Virus record (IMG/VR): IMGVR_UViG_3300029922_000007
Location: 1 to 64,000 of that record
Origin: a virus
DNA length: 64,000 nt
Direction: 5' to 3' (one strand)
Part shown: in pieces, positions 58,212 to 64,000 of the stretch
Layout: each line of letters opens with the position of its first letter
Numbering within the stretch: the first letter of the stretch is position 1
The notes under the pieces: model-generated
What the model was told of the DNA's origin: nothing
Seen by the model: the letters and a program-made list of their open reading frames with translations, nothing else
Database searches by the model: none
Program-made: the position numbers and the translations under genes

Positions 58212-59981
58212 TTACCGCCCTCTCAAGGCTGGATTCTGGAATGCGTCCGGGTTCTCGACAGCACGCATGTACTCATTATCTGCCTTGGCTTCACTACGCT
58301 CGAATTCGTTATCTCTAGGGAAAGCCACGATTCCGCCTAAGGTTCCCAAAATACCGCCCAAGGCCAGAGCATTGGATAGACTTTCAGAAACAGCCTTAGT
58401 TGCATCGAAAACGCCTAATTCCATGAATTTACCATATTCTTGAGCTTCAATATCGTAAATCAGTTCTGGATCTCGAATGAGCTTTACAAGGACTTCTTGA
58501 TTTTCTTCTTCATTATATCCAGCATTTTCAAGTAGCCTATGAGTCAGACTTAAAAGAGATGGCATCATGATTTCTCTAGCGGCATCACCTTCTGGAAGAT
58601 CAGAGGCAAGTAGGAGAGCCATATCCAAAGCAATACGAGTTCCGCCAGGCACAACACCGGCACTGATCGCCGCACGCACAGCACAAACTGCATCTTCAGC
58701 TCTATCAGAACGCTCTTTGATCTCAGACGCATTCCCGCCGCTAATAGTCAGCTTTGCGATACCAGAACTGATGGTAGCACTACGTTCTTCAAACCAAGTA
58801 CGTTCAGCTTGAGACTCTGCCCTGGTTGCCATTTTTTTGATGTCATCACAGCGAACTTCAATATTCACAGGATCAGACGAACCAACAACAGTACTGCGGA
58901 ATCGATAACATTCAAAGGATTCCATGCCTGAACCAAGGTCGTCTACGGTGGCGTCCATAATTTGATTCTTGAGACCGAAAATCTTTGCCGAAGTAACACT
59001 AGCTAGATCACCTAAGAAGTGGGTTTGGCAATTTAGGAATTGGCTCATAGGGCTTCGAATGGGGATGATCTTGAGAGTTCCTTGCTGTTCGAAGTTGAAG
59101 GCAAGAGTGCTAATGACGGTCTCACTAAAGCCATTCGCTACGAGGACAACGTTGTGAAACCCTTTCTCGCCTTTCGCATGCCGCTCATCGATAGCATTAA
59201 AAACAGGGGCAAACTGGACCAAATCATTAATAGCGCCATCAAAGAGAATAAACTTAGGCTTTTCTAGAAAGCATCTTTGGTTACCCTGATCGTTAATGAA
59301 ACTGGTATGGTATTTTCCCGAAGTCTCTTCGTAGCCCATAGGAATTGGGAATCCTTCGATCCTAGTTACGTTATAGGAAAAGGGGCCAGGAACTTCACGA
59401 ATAGTAACGTGGCTAGATTCACCAAATCCAACCTCTTCAAAGCACTGAATAACAGCATTCGCAAGCTCTTTTTCTCCATTGGCTGAAATGGTAGCCACTG
59501 CTGTCAAAAGAGCCTTGTTATCTTCAGTGATCTTAATGGATCTTTCCGCAATATAGGGAAGGAGGGTCTTTTGGACCACTTCTTTCATTCTACGGACAAC
59601 TTTTTGAGGAGATTCCTTAGGATTCTTTTCACAAAAATCGAAGATATTTTTAATAAACTCATATCCAAGGACGCAAGTCGTAGTAGTTCCATCGCCCGCT
59701 TCTGTAGCGGTACGCATGGAGCTAGAAACAGCCGTTTCAATAATTAAGTGTTCATAGCTGTCCGTACTACCAAGATTTTTCAGGATAGTAACCCCGTCCT
59801 TAGTTACCTTATTCGGAAAACCAGGCTGGGATGCCTCCAAAAGAGAAACTCTTCCGCCTGGACCCATGGACGATCCCACTGCCGAAGCAATACGCTCCAT
59901 AGTATGAATCACAAGTTCCTGAATTTTATGACTTTTAGTGATAAACATTTTCGGGGCGGTCTTACTTACTCGGATGGACAT
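58212..59981 (-). CDS. groEL: GroEL-like chaperonin
   Basis: SMGPGG, VTKDGVTI, EAGDGTTT and GVVPGG motifs; start MSIRV after AAGGAG. Confidence 0.9.
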   Translation of the reverse strand: MSIRVSKTAPKMFITKSHKIQELVIHTMERIASAVGSSMGPGGRVSLLEASQPGFPNKVTKDGVTILKNLGSTDSYEHLIIETAVSSSMRTATEAGDGTTTTCVLGYEFIKNIFDFCEKNPKESPQKVVRRMKEVVQKTLLPYIAERSIKITEDNKALLTAVATISANGEKELANAVIQCFEEVGFGESSHVTIREVPGPFSYNVTRIEGFPIPMGYEETSGKYHTSFINDQGNQRCFLEKPKFILFDGAINDLVQFAPVFNAIDERHAKGEKGFHNVVLVANGFSETVISTLAFNFEQQGTLKIIPIRSPMSQFLNCQTHFLGDLASVTSAKIFGLKNQIMDATVDDLGSGMESFECYRFRSTVVGSSDPVNIEVRCDDIKKMATRAESQAERTWFEERSATISSGIAKLTISGGNASEIKERSDRAEDAVCAVRAAISAGVVPGGTRIALDMALLLASDLPEGDAAREIMMPSLLSLTHRLLENAGYNEEENQEVLVKLIRDPELIYDIEAQEYGKFMELGVFDATKAVSESLSNALALGGILGTLGGIVAFPRDNEFERSEAKADNEYMRAVENPDAFQNPALRGR

Positions 59982-60025
59982 GGATACTCCTTTGGCTGGT
60001 GTTCTAATACGATATATCATAGAAG

Positions 60026-60053
60026 TTGACTTAACCCCTAAATATGCTAACCT
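60026..60053 (+). promoter_or_regulatory. Sigma70-type promoter, leaderless to 60060
   Basis: TTGACT-N16-TAACCT with TG extension; ATG 6 nt downstream. Confidence 0.6.
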
Positions 60054-60059
60054 CATCCA

Positions 60060-60539
60060 ATGAACATCTTCGTTTCATCCTTTGACGCTAAAGAATCCGC
60101 CAAAGCCCTTGATGACAAACGTCTTGTTAAGATGGTCCTAGAAACAGCCCAGATTCTATCCACCAACATTTCCTTAGCTGGTTTTAGCGAAGGTCCATAT
60201 AAGCCAACTCATAGGAACCACCCTTCTACCGTCTGGGCTAGAACTTCCCACCAAAACTATCTTTGGCTATGTGGACATTTTGTACATCTTTGCAACGAAT
60301 ATACCAAAAGATTTCATAAAATCCACAAGTGCGAGCAATACCTGGATACCTTCTACAACAGATCCACAGATACGGCCTATGAAAAAGAAGGCTTGACTAC
60401 ATTCCCAAATTGTACTATCTTTAAGGAAACGAAAGAAATTACCGAAGCTTATAAGCTTTACTTAAACTATAAGTGGAAAAACGATAAGCGACCTCCGAAA
60501 TGGACAGGCTCTAGTCCTCCAGAATGGATATCCGTTTGA
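60060..60539 (+). CDS. Pyrimidine-dimer DNA glycosylase/endonuclease V-like protein
   Basis: MNIF, DKRLVKM.LE.AQILS and TH.NHP...WAR motifs. Confidence 0.8.
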   Translation: MNIFVSSFDAKESAKALDDKRLVKMVLETAQILSTNISLAGFSEGPYKPTHRNHPSTVWARTSHQNYLWLCGHFVHLCNEYTKRFHKIHKCEQYLDTFYNRSTDTAYEKEGLTTFPNCTIFKETKEITEAYKLYLNYKWKNDKRPPKWTGSSPPEWISV

Positions 60540-62047
60540 TCCTTAACATCTCTTCCCCTACTCATGCCTATCTTGACCAATCCTCCCCCGAAGAACTGGA
60601 TATTCTTCGTCGTCAATTGACCTATACCCTTACATCTGTTCAGCATCTCATTAAGAGACACCACCAGAACCATTTCTGGAAACAAAGGAACAAAGAGTCA
60701 TGGGATAGCCACCTGGAAGGTCTCAAGGCTGACCTAAAGAAATGTCTCGTTTTTGAGGATGAACAAGGCCTCTATATTAGGCCAGGATCTATCCCTTATT
60801 TGACCGGGCTTAATATTGAAGTGAAAAATTCGATTGTGTACCCTAAACCTAAGAAGATGCCCTGGTTTAGAGAGCCTAAATTCACTCTATACCCCTACCA
60901 GGAGGAATCTTGGAAAAGCCTTCTGGCCGAGAAACATGGCCATGTTAGCCTGTGTACAGGTGCCGGAAAAACTAAGACCATCGTAAAACTCTGTAGAGAG
61001 ACCGGTTTTAGAACAGCTATTGTTGCTCCATCTAAGTCTATTTTCTATGAGCTTATCGAAGAGTTCTCACACTATTTTGGTAAAAGTAGGATTGGAACCT
61101 TTGGCGACTCTAAGAAGAAGCTGGATAAGCAATTCACGATATGCATAAGCGATAGTCTCTGTAATGTGAAAGAGGGCACTCCCGAATGGGACTTCTTCTC
61201 AAGTCTTGAGTCAATTCACATAGATGAGTCCCATCAATGGGCCGCTGATTCCATGGAAAAGGTCTGCCATGGACTTTTTGCGAATGTTGGATATAGGTGG
61301 TTCTACAGCGGAACACAGGTGAGAGGAGACGGTGGCCAAACATTGCTGGACTCCATAATCGGAAAGCAAGTTCATGAGCTTACCACAGAGGATGCAGTAA
61401 AAGGCGGGTTCATATGTCCTCATAGGTTCAATATTGTGGAAATGGAATCAACGGATCCAAATTTTCAATCCCAAAACGCTCTGGACCTTAAAAGAGCCCA
61501 CGTTCTTAGGAATGGCAATATCTGTGCCTTTATTGCGAAATTATGCAATGGCGTCGTTTCGATGAAAAACGAACAGGTTTTGGTCTTAGTAGAAGAACTT
61601 CTACAGATATCGGACCTAGTTAAGCTCTTGAAGGTTCCATACGTTATAGCTCATTCTGAAACTAACAAAGAAAGACTATTAAGCTTGGGATTAGAAAAGG
61701 TGGACGTTTCGGAATCTATAGAGAAGTTCAATAAAGGGGAAGCCAAGGTTCTCGTGGGGACTTCCACGGTCAGAACTGGATGTAACCTGTTTCCCGTAAA
61801 CCACTGTGTAAATTGGGTTGCAGGGGCCAGCGAGGTCGCTACACGTCAAGGAGCTGTAGGCAGGTCCGTTAGGCATGCCCACCAAAACCCTTGGGCTAGC
61901 AAGTGTGGACCTAAGCCTTTCGCGACCATTTGGGATTTTGACGTTTTGGATCAATACGTGATGGGGTCACACCTGGAGAGCAGACTGGAATACTACAAAG
62001 AGTCTGGGGAAGGCCTTATTCGTTACGTCCGTTTGAAAAAGAGTTGA
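60524..62047 (+). CDS. SF2 DNA helicase (UvsW-like)
   Basis: LYPYQ, CTGAGKT, IDESH, SGT and GRSVR motifs. Confidence 0.85.
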   Translation: MDIRLILNISSPTHAYLDQSSPEELDILRRQLTYTLTSVQHLIKRHHQNHFWKQRNKESWDSHLEGLKADLKKCLVFEDEQGLYIRPGSIPYLTGLNIEVKNSIVYPKPKKMPWFREPKFTLYPYQEESWKSLLAEKHGHVSLCTGAGKTKTIVKLCRETGFRTAIVAPSKSIFYELIEEFSHYFGKSRIGTFGDSKKKLDKQFTICISDSLCNVKEGTPEWDFFSSLESIHIDESHQWAADSMEKVCHGLFANVGYRWFYSGTQVRGDGGQTLLDSIIGKQVHELTTEDAVKGGFICPHRFNIVEMESTDPNFQSQNALDLKRAHVLRNGNICAFIAKLCNGVVSMKNEQVLVLVEELLQISDLVKLLKVPYVIAHSETNKERLLSLGLEKVDVSESIEKFNKGEAKVLVGTSTVRTGCNLFPVNHCVNWVAGASEVATRQGAVGRSVRHAHQNPWASKCGPKPFATIWDFDVLDQYVMGSHLESRLEYYKESGEGLIRYVRLKKS

Positions 62048-62077
62048 CTCCTTTTGATCTCAATGGTATTCTATTTT

Positions 62078-62179
62078 TGTGGTGGACGAGTTGGTCAAGC
62101 GTTTAGCGGCGCACGTAGGTTCGATTCCTACAATTAGGCGGGTAGCCTTAAAGGGGTTCGATTCCCATGGTCCACCACA
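62078..62179 (+). ncRNA. tRNA-like RNA with two T-arms
   Basis: 10-bp closing stem TGTGGTGGAC/GTCCACCACA; GTAGG-TTCGATT-CCTAC and GGG-TTCGATT-CCC; D-loop-like AGTTGGT; upstream TTGACT-N17-TATTCT. Confidence 0.7.
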
Positions 62180-62195
62180 TTTTTAAGGAGAATCT

Positions 62196-62993
62196 ATGGA
62201 ATTTCAGGAATTTGCAAGTATCGAGATCTTAGAGTCGTTAGTAACTATCAGTGAAAAAATTCATGGCACCAATGCGCAAATTGCGATCAACGATTCTGGT
62301 ACAGAAATGTACGTAGGATCTCGTACTCGATGGATTACTCCAGAAGACGACAACTATGGATTCGCTTCTTGGGCCTATGCAAATAAAGACACCCTGATCG
62401 CGCTTCTTGGGCCAGGCAGGCATTTTGGAGAATGGTATGGGGCAGGTATTGGCCCTGGATATGGACTTAAGGAAAAACGTTTTGCTCTATTCAACACCCA
62501 TCGTTGGACTAAGCCTAAACAGGATGGATTGCTTCTCCCTCGAATGGATGTAGTTCCAGTTCTGTATAGCGGCATTTTTACCCCAACGGTCGTTAAAGAA
62601 ACCCAAGATAAGCTCAAAAAGGAAGGATCTTCCTTGGTTCCTGGTTTTATGCGCCCAGAAGGTATTGTAATGTACTTCTCACGCACTCAGACATATTTCA
62701 AGCAGGTCTTCGATAAAGAAGAAACCGGATGGGATAGGAAAGACAAGAAAGAAAAAGTGGCCACAGATCCAGCTCTAGAAGCAAAAGTGCTGTCTTATCT
62801 TCAACCTGTGCGTCTAGAAAAGCTTATTATGAGGGACGATCGCTATCTCCGAGAGTATCCAAAAACACTGCCAGATATCGCTCGCGACTATGTGGCAGAC
62901 CTAGTTAAAGAATCAGAGCCTATCGATCCAGTAATCTTGGCGGAAGTGAAGAAAAAAGCATTTGTATTTATTAGGGAGACATACGGAAAATGA
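62196..62993 (+). CDS. RNA ligase (Rnl2-like)
   Basis: SEKIHGTNA (motif I), GSRTR, FGEWYG, FALF and PEGIV motifs. Confidence 0.85.
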   Translation: MEFQEFASIEILESLVTISEKIHGTNAQIAINDSGTEMYVGSRTRWITPEDDNYGFASWAYANKDTLIALLGPGRHFGEWYGAGIGPGYGLKEKRFALFNTHRWTKPKQDGLLLPRMDVVPVLYSGIFTPTVVKETQDKLKKEGSSLVPGFMRPEGIVMYFSRTQTYFKQVFDKEETGWDRKDKKEKVATDPALEAKVLSYLQPVRLEKLIMRDDRYLREYPKTLPDIARDYVADLVKESEPIDPVILAEVKKKAFVFIRETYGK

Positions 62994-63427
62994 CCGATCT
63001 ACTACTCAAGGCTGTCTTTCAAAAGCAACTTACTCCTGACACTGTTGAGATCCAGTTTTGTTCGGATTGGCTTAAGGATCAAATTACGGATCTCTTCACC
63101 AAGATCTCCCTTATGGAAGAAGAGCTTAAGTGGCGTCGTGGGGTCCATATTGTTACTGGTGTCGATAAGCTTAATGAGCAGCTCAATGCTTATAAGCTCC
63201 TACTGGAAGAAAGTTCCACAGGAAGGATCATCTTATTTGAACAGCTCCAAGAAGCTAAAGACGATGCCCTTAAGTTCGGGAGGGCCATGGAAGAAGAGCG
63301 CAATTTACGACTAGCCTTTCAGGAAGCTTTAGAGAAACTGTCCGTAGTAGACGATACCGGAACTGGCGGCTATATGGAAGACGTTATTGGAACTGCACTT
63401 TCCCTGTTGGAGAAGAGAAATGTCTAG
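62990..63427 (+). CDS. Hypothetical coiled-coil protein
   Basis: Coupled ORF. Confidence 0.55.
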   Translation: MTDLLLKAVFQKQLTPDTVEIQFCSDWLKDQITDLFTKISLMEEELKWRRGVHIVTGVDKLNEQLNAYKLLLEESSTGRIILFEQLQEAKDDALKFGRAMEEERNLRLAFQEALEKLSVVDDTGTGGYMEDVIGTALSLLEKRNV

Positions 63428-63734
63428 AGAATTTGGATCTTATAGTTCCGGCTATTTTCACCAACAAATCCAAACTTGCGCCCAGGACTGTGCCGGAAGT
63501 AACGATGTTCTTGTTCAGCTTTGGGGTGAATTCCTAGAAGAGTTTTACGATGTAGCTTATTCTATTTCTTCTAGCGAGGCTTGTGATTCCGCCCCATACG
63601 ACCCTATTATGAAGACCATTGAAAAGATGGACGTTCTTCGTACTAAGTTAGACAAAATTAGTATCCACGTAGGGCCATATAGGCGAGTTGCTGAAGAGGC
63701 GGTTCGTGCTCATACTGATAAAAAGAAGAAATGA
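63420..63734 (+). CDS. Hypothetical protein
   Basis: Start MSREFG after GGAG. Confidence 0.55.
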   Translation: MSREFGSYSSGYFHQQIQTCAQDCAGSNDVLVQLWGEFLEEFYDVAYSISSSEACDSAPYDPIMKTIEKMDVLRTKLDKISIHVGPYRRVAEEAVRAHTDKKKK

Positions 63735-63735
63735 G

Positions 63736-64000
63736 TTAGGAATTCTGTCCAGATAAAAATTCAAGGCAACGCCTAATACAACCCTCTTGGTCTGCAATCC
63801 AGTCTTCCTCTTTAATATGGAGGATTTGGATACCAATAGAGGCGAAGTAAGAATCTTTTATTTCGTGGTAGTTGTGAATGTCCTCATCGGGCCAATGAGG
63901 CCTAGAGCGTTTTAATCCTTTGAACGAATGCCAATAAATTCCATCAAACTCTATCCCCCTATTAAGTTCTGGAACAAATATGTCGATCTCAAAACCCTTG
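63736..64000 (-). CDS. C-terminal part of a fourth EDxHD/Vsr-like endonuclease paralog (truncated by window; not in ORF track)
   Basis: Manual translation gives KGFEIDIFVPELNRGIEFDGIYWHS...YHEIKD...GIQILHIKEEDW...CLEFLSGQNS*. Confidence 0.85.
   Translation of the reverse strand, partial: KGFEIDIFVPELNRGIEFDGIYWHSFKGLKRSRPHWPDEDIHNYHEIKDSYFASIGIQILHIKEEDWIADQEGCIRRCLEFLSGQNS

Noticed and set aside
62078-62179. Canonical tRNA
   Set aside because: Two T-arms, a 10-bp closing stem and no 5-bp/7-nt anticodon arm; reported as a tRNA-like ncRNA instead.
1-64000. Stop-codon reassignment
   Set aside because: Conserved genes are full length in code 11, TAA, TAG and TGA all end genes, and no suppressor tRNA was seen.

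Overview
A 64-kb segment of a large, apparently lytic dsDNA myovirus in the standard genetic code; no integrase is seen. The host is probably diderm, judging from lipoproteins, a Fis-like HTH and spanin-like genes. 1-9.5 kb: small accessory genes, a 24-bp coding tandem repeat and a tRNA-Ile(UAU). 9.5-39.5 kb and 50.4-60 kb (minus strand): a virion module with Herelleviridae-like head and tail proteins, comprising a GroEL-like chaperonin, terminase, portal, MuF-like protein, scaffold, major capsid, neck proteins, sheath, tube and a 1366-aa fibre. It is split by a mostly plus-strand block at 39.7-50.4 kb that carries the prohead protease, a five-gene NAD/ADP-ribose operon (NARP1-like Adps + Namat, NADAR, NDT-like, macrodomain), an M15 peptidase and a DNA ligase. 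The right end has a DenV-like glycosylase, an SF2 helicase and an RNA ligase. About 12 free-standing endonuclease genes are scattered through the window. Main novel candidates: (1) a circularly permuted DUF3494 ice-binding domain inserted in the tail sheath; (2) a head-module polyprotein with a 2H phosphoesterase and a lysozyme-like domain, where putative protease sites precede cryptic signal-peptide-like segments; (3) four paralogous EDxHD-like nucleases, three of them visibly carrying tandem 49-aa repeats; (4) two T-loop-containing non-tRNA RNAs, one directly before the RNA ligase; (5) a CAATCTTA late-promoter motif and widespread leaderless genes. All calls come from manual motif reading; no database searches were run.
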